DNA of 64,000 nucleotides. Source: Octopus bimaculoides (taxonomy: Eukaryota). The stretch lies in contig NC_068992.1 of assembly GCF_001194135.2 (NCBI RefSeq), forward strand, positions 54,672,487 through 54,736,486. Direction: 5' to 3'. Below the pieces are notes generated by a model. That model did not search any database. It saw only the letters and a list, made by a program, of their open reading frames with translations, and was not told the DNA's origin. Positions 1 through 12,907 of this stretch are shown piece by piece. The stretch's first letter is position 1, and each line of letters starts with the position of its first letter. The position numbers were made by a program, and so were the translations under genes.

Positions 1-200
1 TATTTTGCCGTTTCTTTTATGTTAGCTTATTAAAATTAATCAGTCTATTTTTGTTTGCGCTTATGAACTGCTCAGAAGTAGACCCACTGGGGGTTACTTT
101 GTTAATTTCATGTTTGTATAATGTATGTATATGCCCCCACCCTTGTATATATATGTATGTGTGTGTATTCAGTTATAATTATGTCTACTATAGGCACAAG

Positions 201-587
201 TGGAGGCGCAATGGCCCAGTGGTTAGGGCAGCGGACTCGCGGTCATAGGATCGTCGTTTCGATTCCCAGACCAGGCGTTGTGAGTGTTTATTGAGCGAAA
301 ACACGTAAAGCTCCACGAGGCTCCGACAGGGGATGGTGGCGAACCCTGCTGTACTCTTCCACCACAACTTTCTCTCACTCTTACTTCCTGTTTCTGTTGT
401 ACCTGTAATTCAAAGGGGCAGCCTTGTCACACTGTGTCACGCTGAATATCCCCGAGAACTACGTTAAGGGTACACGTGTCTGTGGAGTGCTCAGCCACTT
501 GCACGTTAATTTCACGAGCAGGCTGTTCCGTTGATCGGATCAACTGGAACCCTCGACGTCGTAAGCGACGGAGTGCCTACAACAACA
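201..587 (+). mobile_element. tRNA-derived SINE family A, full length with TSD
   Basis: A box TGGCCCAGTGG, B box GTTTCGATTCC, (CAA)n tail; perfect 14-bp TSD ACTATAGGCACAAG at 187-200 and 588-601. Confidence 0.9.
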
Positions 588-589
588 AC

Positions 590-790
590 TATAGGCACAA
601 GGCCTGAAATTTTGGAGGAGGTGTTGAGTCGATTACATCGACTCCAGTACTCAACTGGTACTTTTTTTATCGACCCCCAAAGGATAAAAGGCAACGTCAA
701 CCTCAGTAGTATTTGAACTCAGAACGTAAAGACGGACGAAATACCGCTAAGCATTTTGCACGGCGTGCTAACGATTCTGCCAGCGTCGCC
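590..790 (-). mobile_element. SINE family B
   Basis: Reverse complement of the head GGCGxxGCTGGCAGAATCGTTAGC and the body GCCTTTCATCCTTT..GGGGTCGATAAA..AGTACCAG shared with the copies at 25246 and 32784. Confidence 0.85.
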
Positions 791-892
791 TTATGTTCAG
801 TTATAATAAAACAATTTTACTTTAATTTGATGGGTTACTCTATACTTTGGTAGACTAGAAATTTAATATTCCTAAACAAGAAAATTATTAAT

Positions 893-933
893 AGTGACTT
901 CGAAGTTTCGGCAAGTAGTGCCATCATCAGACT
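893..933 (-). ncRNA. Minimal type I hammerhead ribozyme motif (Penelope-like element type)
   Basis: Minus strand reads AGU-CUGAUGA-U-GGCA-CUACU-UGCC-GAA-ACUUCGAAGU-C/ACU. It has a complete core, 4-bp stem II, palindromic stem III, 3-bp stem I and a GUC cleavage triplet. Confidence 0.7.
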
Positions 934-1456
934 GCGATACAATGAAGTTAATACTACGTACTTATATTTATTAGTGAACCCCTAAAAAATTCCATTTCGA
1001 AAACTTCGGTACCCAATTATTGAGTTTTTAAGTACTGGACTTTGTACCTTTAAAACTTACATTTTCAAAGAAAAGGATTAAATCCAATGAAGCCAAAAGT
1101 AACTAAACTACTAAAACATCCTGTACCTACCAAACAAAGAGACACACCCAAACGTATATACTTGCTTACAAAGCTCTACATATATGAATAAATTCAAAAC
1201 AATAACAAATGGGCAGTCCACTTCCCCCATCAGACAAATTAAATTTGAAGTGCCTTGACTATAACTAAACATGTTCACTCAACCGTGTAGGCCTTCTTTT
1301 CAAGCGCAAAATTAATACTGTCATGATTTTGGACTTTGAATTACCTATGTTCAGTCCACTGCAGGATGAAGGCCTCAGTATCTTCTCTCCACCAACCACG
1401 GTCTGATATGAAGCCCTCAAATTTGAGCTTGAGACCATACTGGTTTGAGGAGCCAC
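934..1456 (-). mobile_element. Possible decayed Penelope-like retroelement 3' region
   Basis: Lies just upstream of the hammerhead on the same strand. The ORF fragment LKRRPTRLSEH weakly resembles the GIY-YIG R-L-x-x-R-L-x-E-H segment. Highly degenerate. Confidence 0.3.
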
Positions 1457-1520
1457 GCTAGATCGACACGGCTTGACAGAAGGTTGCAGTTTTTTTGTTT
1501 TTTTATATATTCTTACCCCG

Positions 1521-1653
1521 GAGTAGTTAAGTCGATTACATCGACCCCAGTGCTCAACTGGTATTTATTATATATACCCCGAAAGGATGAAAGGCAAAGT
1601 CGACAACTGCGGAATTTGAACACAGAACGTAACGATTCTGTCAGCTTGCCGCC
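1521..1653 (-). mobile_element. SINE family B, partial
   Basis: Contains gtcgattacatcgacccc...gaaaggatgaaaggcaaagtcgac. Confidence 0.8.
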
Positions 1654-1687
1654 GAACATACATATATATCTGTGTCTGTCTCTGTGC

Positions 1688-1724
<37 letters not shown>

Positions 1725-2088
1725 GGCGGTGCTCCAGCATGGCCGCAGTCAAATGACTGAAACAAATAAAAAAATGAGTGTGTATATGCGTGCGCGCGCG
1801 CACACCTACACAACTCGCACTTACATACCCCTCCCCTACCATATTTATATTCAACAAATGATCAATTAAATTCATTTCGCATCTGATCAATTAACTTGGA
1901 AAGCAGCACCATGTGGTGATGTTTAGATCAAATCAAATCGTTTTCCTATCACGTACATAGCTGATATTTTGAAGAAAAGTGTCCATATGTTATTGTTGAA
2001 TAAAATAATTTTGTAAAACGTTAGATGAGTACACACACACACACATGCATATAAACATGCATACATACATGCATGCATACTACATACG

Positions 2089-2139
<51 letters not shown>

Positions 2140-2248
2140 GTAGGTAGATAGATAGATAGGTAGATAGATAGATAGGTAGATAGATAGATAGGTAGATAGA
2201 TAGATAGATAGATAGATAGGTAGATAGATAGGTAGATAGATAGATAGG
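2089..2248 (+). repeat. (GATA)n/(GGTA) tetranucleotide microsatellite
   Basis: Directly visible array; source of the YLSI ORFs. Confidence 0.97.
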
Positions 2249-2890
2249 TCCATACGTACATGTAGGTATGCATGCATTCCTGCGCCTTATCTTATATTTT
2301 AAAAACGTCCTTTAATTTAGCAGCAGCATATCGATACTTTTATTCAAAATATCACCGTTGTACATGACTGGCAAATGATTCGATTTGATAGATGATAAAC
2401 CGCTACACAGCACTACTTTCCAAATTAATTGATCGGATGCGAAAATTAAGTCAATTGATCAATTGTTTAATATATATATATGAATTTCAAGGATATTATT
2501 TTACTTCATTCTCAGTTAATTTTTTTTTTAACTCAGAGGCTATTCTAGAATAAAATATTTTAGTTTGAAATATCGAAGTCTGGCATGCGGTCTCCCAACC
2601 GCCTCAATTCAGCTTCAATACTGATCGATTTCCAGACTGCGGATTGCTGTATTGCTACATGTTTCAAGGTTTTATATTTAAACACCAGCCTACTGTGTTT
2701 ATGTAAAGTACAGAACACTTAAGAATTTTTTTTTTCTCTAATGGTGAATTGTGCAGATTTCTTTTTATATTTGATGGCATATCTTCGACATACCTCGGCG
2801 CTGCTAATGATGATGGTATAAAACTTATATAGTATAATTTATATAATTTATAATATAATGTAATATAATACAATATAATATAATACATAT

Positions 2891-3230
2891 GTTGTTGTTG
2901 GCACTCCGTCGCTTACGACGTCGATTGGTTCCAGTTGATCCGATCTACGGAACAGCCTGCTCGTGAAATTAACGTGCAAGTGGCTGAGCACTCCACAGAC
3001 ACGTGTACCCTTAACGTAGTTCTCGGGAATATACAGTGTGACAAGGCTGACCCTTTGAATTACAGGCACAACAGAAACAGGAAGAAAGAAAGAGAGAAAG
3101 TTGTGGTGAAAGAGTACAGCAGAGTTCGCCATCATCTCAATAAACACTAACAACGCCCGGTCTGGGAATTGAAACCGCGATCCTATGACCGCGAGTCCGC
3201 TGCCCTAACCACTGGGCCATTGCGCCTCCA
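2891..3230 (-). mobile_element. SINE family A (internal deletions)
   Basis: Reverse complement of the 201-587 copy, lacking part of the segment after the B box. Confidence 0.88.
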
Positions 3231-3863
3231 TCAGTCTACATGTAAGTATATGTGAAGGTACGTAGCTAAGTGGTTAGAGTGTTAGGTTCAGAATCGTCAG
3301 GTTCTGGGTTCAATTCGCAGACCTGTTGCACGTTGTGCCTAAAATATGAATAAATGTGGTCAAAGTGTAACAACAGGATAAATAGTTATTGTAAACTAAT
3401 GAAGATGAGAAGTTATTTTCGATCAATTAGATTTTTATTGTTAAAAGTTGTATCGGACGCGACGGTCCAATAGGGAAGCAACAGGTAGAGCGATGGGAAG
3501 CTGTTTAAATGCAGTGATCTGTTTGAGGATAGACTCCATCCACCGCTATCTGCCTCTCTCTATATATATAACTGCCTCCTCTGTCCATCTCTCTATCTAC
3601 CTTTCCCTTCAGCTAACATTTTAACCACGTAATCAATATTCCTTTAGCACATCTTTAGCACGTCTCTCTTCTTTTTCTCTTGTCGTCTTTTTCTCCTGTT
3701 CTTCGCCTCTACCTTCAGCTGACCACGTAACAATTTGGCCTAAGTGTATCAATATCAATTACCTTACTCAACTTCTTCCTCTCATCTTTCTTCACTCCCC
3801 CTCTCTCACACACTCCACTTGGGCGAACGAACAAGCAGATTATTATATAGATGATACATATAT

Positions 3864-4238
3864 GTTGTTGTTGGCACTCCGTCGCGGGTTCCAGTTGATC
3901 CGATCTACGGAACAGCCTGCTCGTGAAATTAACGTGCAAGTGGCTGAGCACTCCACAGACACGTGTACCCTTAACGTAGTTCTCGGGGATATTCAGCGTG
4001 ACACAGTGTGACAAGGCTAACCCTTTGAAATACAGGTACAACAGAAACAGGAAGAAAGAGTGAGAGAAAGCTGTGGTGAAAAAGTACAGCAGGGTTCGCC
4101 ACCATCTCCTGCCGGAGCCTCGTGGAGGTTTAGGTGTTTTCGCTCAATAAACACTCACAACGCCCGGTCTGGGAATCGAAACTGCGATCCTATGACCACG
4201 AGTCCGCTGCCCTAACCACTGGGCCATTGTGCCTCCAC
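3864..4238 (-). mobile_element. SINE family A with TSD
   Basis: Reverse complement of family A; flanked by GATACATATAT on both sides. Confidence 0.88.
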
Positions 4239-4239
4239 G

Positions 4240-4297
<58 letters not shown>

Positions 4298-6571
4298 CAT
4301 ATATAATATAGATATAATGCAAAAAACAACCTGTGACTCGGTACTAGTCTGTGGCCCAGTACTGATTCACGGCCTGATGATTGGGGACCCCTTTGGACTG
4401 ATAGCCATCAACAACCATAATCATCTATTCTCTTGCTGATGCCATCAAGTACTTTTGTGATCTTCAATGGTTAACTTTTTGCTGACGTCAGTCAGTTCTT
4501 CTTCCCCAAAAAGATATTTTCAGTTTCTTCTTGATGTCAGCACTCAATTTGAAAGATCCAGCCGTTGTTTACCAACTGTTTCCTAAATGTAAATAACGAA
4601 TCCCGAGTTCAAATTTTGGATAGCCACCTGTTACAGTTAATTCTCCGTTCACCACTTGCAGAGAATTGGCTATGTAACAACGAAGAAATCAGAATACAAC
4701 TGGAGCGTAATGTGCTAAGTGATTCCACAGGGAAATATGGCAGATAAACAGCGAATGATATGAGAATAGTAAAACGGTTTTTAATGCGCACACGAAAAGA
4801 CGTACATCAAAAAGCGGATGAGGTGCAAAACCAGAAATATGCATCTTTGGTACCAGGTGAAAGAGCTGCTGTATACGTGAATGTGCAATTGGTGTGTGTG
4901 CGTGTTTCTATGTGAAATAGTCGTAGCCGGTTTACGTATGTGTGTGGGTGCATATTCAAGTGATTCTCAATATTTTGCAGTGTACATTCAAGCGAGTCGC
5001 AATGTGGCCAGCTATGTCAACCAAAGTTCACTGAACGGAGCTGAGGAGAAAAACTGCCATTTGAAATTCATGGTATTACTGGAAATATTTCTGTATGTGC
5101 CAGTAGTTTAGTAGATACTTTGAAAGAAGTGCAGATTATGTCAAGTGCAGTGATTATAAGTAATTGTGGATGAAACAAGAACAAACTGCAAACAGACAAC
5201 ATGTTGAATGTGTTGAGCTGAGTAAACTCTTTCTGCGTATATCGTAACAAGACCTAGTTTGTGTAGATGAAAGGTGATGAACGACTGACAGAAAACAGCA
5301 CAGAAAGCAGAGTTTGTGTTCCTGATTGAAATGCGAGGAGAATATGGCAGGCAGTGTTGACAAAATTTGTCGTGTTAGGTTGTACAGAGAGTTCGACAGC
5401 AGATGAAAACTGAGATAGTATAATATGAATTGCTGCTAGATACAATATCCGTCAGAAACGATGTCGGAAATTATGGCTTAAGGTTGGTAGAGATATGGAA
5501 ACAACCATAGAAGGCACAAACGTTAGGATGCATGTGAAGTGTTGAATGTATGCAAGCTTGAAGGTTTCAACGCTGTTTAAATTTAAAATAAAAATTCAGA
5601 AAAGGTCAAATGCTCAAAGAAAAAACGAAAAACAAGAACAAATTATGTCATGTGAGTGCATTATAAGTGGTATGTAAACAAAAGGACACCATCAAAACAG
5701 TATAGGTATATGAATAGAATACCAACTGCATGAGGATCTGCAGTTTATGAAAGAAGTACAGAAGGAGAAATTCAGAAAGTTAAATATTGTTATCTTGCGA
5801 GATTTAAGAATGTGTCACTACAAGGCTGACATTGACTAGTTTGCAGGGCGAAAACTATTGCCAACAAAGTGAAATAAAAAGCCAGCTGGCGTGAGCTTTA
5901 CAAATGTGGAGTATGTAAGTAAATACACAAAATAAAATACACATAAAAGGCAGAAAGAATACGCTAATATTCATGTTGGTGTGTGTGCTGAATAAAATAG
6001 TTGTGTTCCTGTAAAAACATATGTGAATGCGCGCGCAAACTAAACAAAAATGAAAATTATAACGAAAAAAAAAACGTACGCAATGTAAACGAATGAAAGA
6101 AAAAGGAAAATGAACTGTCCATTTGGACATTTGGACATAGTATGTTGCTGGCGAATTGGAAAATTTTATGGGGATGCAAAAAGTTTATGTAGAGTCCATA
6201 GAGTCCATATATAAAGGTTCTTGCATAGAAACGATGAGTAAAAGACCGATTCTGTATCTCTGGACGAGAGATGCAGATAGCGCGTTTGTGTTCAAGGTGT
6301 TTTTCATGTCGGACTTACATATTTTTGGTTTTTCATGTCGGACTTACATATTTTGTGACGTAATTCTGGAGTTGCGAGGCTGCGTTGTGGTTTGTAGTTG
6401 GCTATATATTTGTTCTCCGTTGAATAACCAGTGTAAGACGGAAACAGGGCAGCGTAGTTCTTTTCTTGTGAGGTCTCTAATTTAACTTATGAATACTACG
6501 CTCGCATTTATTTATATTTAAATGAGAAGAATGGCGATAGCAGTTTTGTATCTAATGGCGGTAGGTAGTTT

Positions 6572-6617
<46 letters not shown>

Positions 6618-6944
6618 ATAGTGAATGAATGCAAGTGTCATCTGCAATAGTGTAGTTTGTAAGTTAGTAAAACGGACAAGTTTGGTTGTCAATTAAAATA
6701 TCTTTTGAGCCCTCCGTTACATTTGACCTTATGGATTACACGACACTGAAAGGTGTGCACAGACATATAGGCAGGGTAGTTGATAGAGGTTCGGTTTTCA
6801 TGGGTTCCGCAAATGAGATTTGAACCCAGCACAAAAAAAAAAAAAAAAAAAGGGCATGGTCTGTCACGAACTGTGCACGCAAAAAGGTCACTGAGATTCA
6901 CCTTCTGGATCGCAACGTTTTTTTAAAAATCTCTCTCGGGACTT

Positions 6945-7695
6945 GCACACACACATACTCGTATATACACACACCTTCACACATACTCATACACATACAC
7001 AGCCACACCCACATAAATGTCCCCCCCCCACACACACACACACTCATACGCAAATATACATACATACACTAACACATTCATACTCATGAAAACGCACACC
7101 CACAAACACATACATGCAAATAACCTTACCAACGCACTCGCACACTTGTCATCTCGCTCCCCACACCCAACCACATACCACACACACACCCGCGTGCTTA
7201 CACACTCGCACACATGTACACACATCCACGCACACACGCGCGCTATCGCACACATACATACACCCACATGCCTTCACATCCATACGTACACAGACACGCA
7301 CACACATTCATACGCACATATATATATATATATATATACGCCCACACACGTACACGCGCACACGCTCAAACTCACACGCATGGCTACACAAACACACACA
7401 CGCCCCACCTCGCCACCTCTCTCTCACGCACACACACGCATGGACGCACATACATATACTTCCACACACTCCCATGTACATATATACACGCATATATATA
7501 TAGAGAGAGAGACACCCACCCACACATGCACCCATAAGCACACGCACACACACACACACACATTCCCACTCCGTCATACGCACACATGCAAACACACTTA
7601 CACACACACCAACACACTTTTCATCACCTTCAGCTGTCGCCACTGACCTGTTCGGACGCAAACACTAACACACACGCACATACAAACACACATAT
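6945..7695 (+). repeat. Degenerate (CA)n/(CACG)/(TA) low-complexity block
   Basis: Directly visible; source of the HT/VC-rich ORFs. Confidence 0.92.
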
Positions 7696-7754
7696 ACGGA
7701 CCATCTTTACACTCTCCTGTCCCAAAAAACCACCTTGTCTATATCTTTCAACTT

Positions 7755-7975
7755 CCGGTCACTTACTCTTTTACTTGTTTCAGTCTTTTGACTGTGGTCA
7801 TGCTGGAGCAAACCTTTAGTCGAGCAAATCGACCCCAGGACTTATTCTTTGTAAGCCTAGTACGTATTCTATCGGTCGCTTTTGCCAAACCACTAAGTTA
7901 CGGGGATGTAAACACACCAGCATCGGTTGTCAAGCGATGTTAGGGGGGTCAAACACAGACACACAAACACATACA

Positions 7976-8015
<40 letters not shown>

Positions 8016-8140
8016 GACGACGGGCTTCTTTCAGTTTCCGTCTACCAAATCCACTCACAAGGCTATAGTAGAAGACACTTGCCCAAGGTGCCACGCAGTA
8101 GGACTAAACCCAGAACCATGTGGTTTGTAAGCAAACTACA
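7755..8140 (-). mobile_element. SINE family C (bipartite, internal microsatellite)
   Basis: Reverse complement of ...ggcaccttgggcaagtgtcttctactatagcc...(TA/TG)n...ggcggtgctccagcatggcc... also seen at 32380 and 56112. Confidence 0.88.
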
Positions 8141-9642
8141 AGAGGGGAGTTATGGAACCATTGTAGATTTCCGATATAGTGGATATATAGTTGTTAAAGA
8201 GGACAACAAACGTTGAGGCAAGACAAATATCTCAAGTCATATATGTTATTATTAATGGAAAAATCCAAAGTTTTACAGCTGTTTCTGTGATATCCCCAAG
8301 TATGGGATATTCCGTCATCACAGACAAATAGGGAAAATGTGAAGAGTATAGATTAATGACATGGTGACATAGAGGACAGGAGAAAAGAAATAAAGAAATG
8401 AAGGAAAAGAAGAAAGAAAAAGAAAAGAAAAAAATGCTCTTTTTCTTCATTGTACTCTTTCACCCCAACTTCCTCTCACTCTTTCTTCCTGTTTTTTGAG
8501 TAACACTGCAANNNNNNNNNNNNNNNNNNNNNNNNNNNNNNNNNNNNNNNNNNNNNNNNNNNNNNNNNNNNNNNNNNNNNNNNNNNNNNNNNNNNNNNNN
8601 NNNNNNNNNNNNNNNNNNNNNNNNNNNNNNNNNNNNNNNNNNNNNNNNNNNNNNNNNNNNNNNNNNNNNNNNNNNNNNNNNNNNNNNNNNNNNNNNNNNN
8701 NNNNNNNNNNNNNNNNNNNNNNNNNNNNNNNNNNNNNNNNNNNNNNNNNNNNNNNNNNNNNNNNNNNNNNNNNNNNNNNNNNNNNNNNNNNNNNNNNNNN
8801 NNNNNNNNNNNNNNNNNNNNNNNNNNNNNNNNNNNNNNNNNNNNNNNNNNNNNNNNNNNNNNNNNNNNNNNNNNNNNNNNNNNNNNNNNNNNNNNNNNNN
8901 NNNNNNNNNNNNNNNNNNNNNNNNNNNNNNNNNNNNNNNNNNNNNNNNNNNNNNNNNNNNNNNNNNNNNNNNNNNNNNNNNNNNNNNNNNNNNNNNNNNN
9001 NNNNNNNNNNNNNNNNNNNNNNNNNNNNNNNNNNNNNNNNNNNNNNNNNATATATATGTATATACATATATATATACATTATTTCTAAATCTCTGAAAGA
9101 GAGATATTCAGTAACAGTGCTTTGAAGTAAAGACTATTTGCCAACATAATGTGGCTGTCCTGGGAGGGACAATTGTTACTATTTTTTAGCCTCATACATA
9201 TATACACACATATATACATACATACACACACACATACATACATGTATATACATACACACACATACACATGCGTGCACACATACACACACATATACATACA
9301 CATACATATATATTTACAGATATATATGCATAACCATCTAATTGAGACACACTTGATCTTCTCTCCCAGTTATTTCCCCACCTCATCTATCATTTCTGTA
9401 GAAGAATATATCCTTGAAATGTCAGAGACTTCTTTCAGTTTTTCTGAGTGTCAACCAAACAAACCTTGCTTGTTTCGTTTACCTTGACTCTGTATTGTTT
9501 TTTTAATTTCTGTACACATACATACATACATATGTACATACGTAAATACTTACATACATACGTAGACATACACACACATATATAAAGAGAAACATTATTA
9601 TTACTAAATCTCTCAAAGAGAGATATTCAATAACAGCTCCTT

Positions 9643-10228
9643 AAAGTAAAGACTGTTTGCCAACTTAATGTGGCTGTACTGGATAGGACAAATGTTACTG
9701 TTGTTTAGCTCCAGGAAATATCGTTTCCAGCTTGTTATATGACACAATATCTGTGTCCTTATATTTTCAAATAGGAAGTTCAACACCCCCATACAAAGCA
9801 ACATTGGTGGACTGATTTCTGGGTTATTGCTCTTCTTTATCAGTACAGAGTAGCTGCTTGGTTAGGTGGCACTTCTGAATTCATTTAGAAAATATAGTCT
9901 TCAAAGTGATTCACAGTCACTGATCTAATAAATAGAAACATTATTATTTCTAAATCTCGCAAAGAAAACAATTTATTTTCGAACAGGAATTCAGCAACAC
10001 CACCTGGCCAAGCAGCTACTCTGTGTTGATAACGGGCAATAAGCCAGAAACTGGTCCACGGATGTTGCTTTGTGCTGGATAGGGGTGCTGGACTTCCTAT
10101 TCAAAAATATATGGACACAGATATTGTGCCGTATAGCCAGCTGGAAATGATGCTTCCTGAGACTAAACAACAGTAACAATCATCCTTTCCAGGACAGCTA
10201 CATTATGCTGGCAAATAGTTTTTACTTT
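9643..10228. repeat. About 590-bp foldback: two inverted ~240-bp copies of an unclassified repeat
   Basis: 9643-9882 aligns to the reverse complement of 9987-10228 along its length. Further partial + strand copies lie at 9078-9190 and 9931-9960. Confidence 0.85.
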
Positions 10229-10804
10229 ATATATATATGCATATATATGTGGTCGTGTGTATACATATATATGTATATATACGACAGTAGCAGATGGAAA
10301 GTTGTGACATTGATTGTCTATGGGAATCAAACACCATGTCTGCTATAAACTGTGTAAATGCACTACTACAACAAAATGATCACCCAAATCTGATAAGGTA
10401 CGATGACATATATCAGTGATCTGTGAAGAGAAATCAAAAGCCACACACTGCATTAAGGTATGGTATGATATATATATCTAATATAGACCAAGACAACAAA
10501 AAGTAACAACATTGGTGTACCTTTTGTGGTCAGTTCTCATAGGGAAGATAATCCCTTCTAGATTAAGCAAATTTGAAGCAGGTCATATATATATATATAT
10601 ATATATATATCAATATCGTATATATAGCCTGAGGATTGCATGAAGGCACCAGCCATATTAAAAAGTGGTATCTGATGTTTTCATTGCATGAAACTAATAG
10701 TAGCTTATGAAAATATTAATTGTGTTTATCAAATAATAATTATTTCTCACCAGATGGAATACTTGTTTTGTTAATCTTAGCATCACAGAACAGTACACTA
10801 TACA

Positions 10805-10960
10805 GGTGTGAGTGGCTGGCGTTAGGAAGGGCATCCAGCTGTAGAAACTCTGCCAAATTAGATTGGAGCCTGGTGTTGCCATCCGGTTTCACCAGTCCTC
10901 AGTCAAATCGTCCAACCCATGCTAGCATGGAAAGCGGACGTTAAACGATGATGATGATGA
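10805..10960 (+). mobile_element. Family D retroposon 3' part, (GAT)n tail
   Basis: ggcgttaggaagggcatccagctgtagaaactctgcc...gcatggaaagcggacgttaaacgatgatgat. Confidence 0.85.
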
Positions 10961-11380
10961 TATATATATATATATACATACATACATATATACATACATA
11001 CATACATATGTATGTGTGTGTGTGTGCATGTACATGTATGTGTAACAACCATGTGTTGTTACATTTGTTTTTTAGAAGTATATTTAAAGATTAAAGATTG
11101 AAAAAATTTTTAAACATGCTTGTGTGTTGTTTCCACATTTCGTTTTTACCTAGACACACACATATATATATATATTAATAATGGACTGAGTAGGCAAAAA
11201 CTCAAGAAAGCTTTGGGTTAAATCTAATAAAAAAAAATTTTTAATTACCTCTTTTATTAATCAGGTGATGCCTTACAATTGTATGAATGTTTCTATACAT
11301 TCTTGTATTTCTTCAAAAGCCAGACTGAATATTTGATGAAACCCTCCTCCTCTTCCTCTCTCTGTATTGTACAATACACA

Positions 11381-11416
<36 letters not shown>

Positions 11417-11452
11417 AACTACCAGATGTAAACCACGCGTTATATTATCCAT

Positions 11453-11488
<36 letters not shown>

Positions 11489-11914
11489 NNNNNNNNNNNN
11501 NNNNNNNNNNNNNNNNNNNNNNNNNNNNNNNNNNNNNNNNNNNNNNNNNNNNNNNNNNNNNNNNNNNNNNNNNNNNNNNNNNNNNNNNNNNNNNNNNNNN
11601 NNNNNNNNNNNNNNNNNNNNNNNNNNNNNNNNNNNNNNNNNNNNNNNNNNNNNNNNNNNNNNNNNNNNNNNNNNNNNNNNNNNNNNNNNNNNNNNNNNNN
11701 NNNNNNNNNNNNNNNNNNNNNNNNNNNNNNNNNNNNNNNNNNNNNNNNNNNNNNNNNNNNNNNNNNNNNNNNNNNNNNNNNNNNNNNNNNNNNNNNNNNN
11801 NNNNNNNNNNNNNNNNNNNNNNNNNNNNNNNNNNNNNNNNNNNNNNNNNNNNNNNNNNNNNNNNNNNNNNNNNNNNNNNNNNNNNNNNNNNNNNNNNNNN
11901 NNNNNNNNNNNNNN

Positions 11915-11957
<43 letters not shown>

Positions 11958-12529
11958 TATGCAATATATATATATATATATATACATACATTTATGTATT
12001 ATAATACATGAAGATGAAATGAACTGGTTTTAATTCAAACCACTACAATTGTTTTTGTGCATTGCTATCAGCTGGTAATTGTTTAGTGTTTAACCTATTA
12101 TACACATTATTGCATTAATATGACTCAACAATAGCTGTATACCAGCACATCTTCAGGTAAGGAAGTTTCAGATCACATGGTACCTGATACTTGTGATGGA
12201 GCTTTGTGAAGCATACTATAGGATGATATTAAATACATATGTATATCATAAGGGATTAGCAATCCAAGCGAAGAAAGCTACTTAAGCTCTCTGCTAATAC
12301 AAATACATCAAGCTAGCAAAATGTTTTCTGACTGATGTAGAACTCTAGGTAATCCTAAGGTTAGATATGAAGTTGAAGTATGTCACCAGTCAACCATGGT
12401 TGCATAACCAAGTTAATATTGTATGTTTTTGAAAAGCGGTGATCAGGTAGAAACATTAACATGCCAGGCGAAATACTTAGCAGTATTTCATGTCCTTATG
12501 CTCTGAGTTCAAATTCTGCCAAGGTCAAC

Positions 12530-12705
12530 ACACACACATTCGACGGGCTTCTTTCAGTTTCAGTCTACAAAATCGACTCACACGGCTTTGGTCGGCTCGA
12601 GGCTATAGTAGAAGACACATGCCCAAGGTGCCATGCAATGGGACTGAACCTGGAACCATGTAGCTGGGAAGCAAGCTTCTTACCAGACAGTCACACTGCG
12701 CCTAT
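12530..12705 (-). mobile_element. SINE family C, 5' half
   Basis: Family C head and body; interrupts the end of the helicase fragment. Confidence 0.8.
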
Positions 12706-12907
12706 TGTCTTTGTAGACAATATTTTCTGTTTGGTCGACACTAATTTTCAAATTACTGGAGTCCATTGCTCTACTCATAGCGACGTATAACTGGCCGTGT
12801 GCAAACATCGGAGTGGGTAAAAATACACCTACACGATCTAAAGTCTGGCCCTGTGCTTTGCTTGCTGTGAATGCATGAGCGGAATCTTTAGGGTTGCAAA
12901 AAATCAA
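12706..12907 (-). pseudogene. Helitron-type Pif1 (SF1B) helicase C-terminal fragment
   Basis: AHAFTASKAQGQTLDRVGVFLPTPMFAHGQLYVAMSR...ENIVYK corresponds to Pif1 motifs V and VI plus a Helitron-like NIVYK end. Confidence 0.8.

Noticed and set aside
201-275. tRNA-like sequences at SINE heads (also 30171, 35428, 45272, 61620)
   Set aside because: A and B boxes are present but there is no complete cloverleaf or acceptor stem, and they run into SINE bodies; not tRNA genes.
2089-2248. Regular repeat array considered as CRISPR-like
   Set aside because: Simple GATA microsatellite without spacers; eukaryotic context and no cas genes.
5100-5830. Possible piggyBac transposase remnant (LCVDER-like fragment)
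   Set aside because: A single short motif with no supporting neighbouring motifs in any frame I could read.
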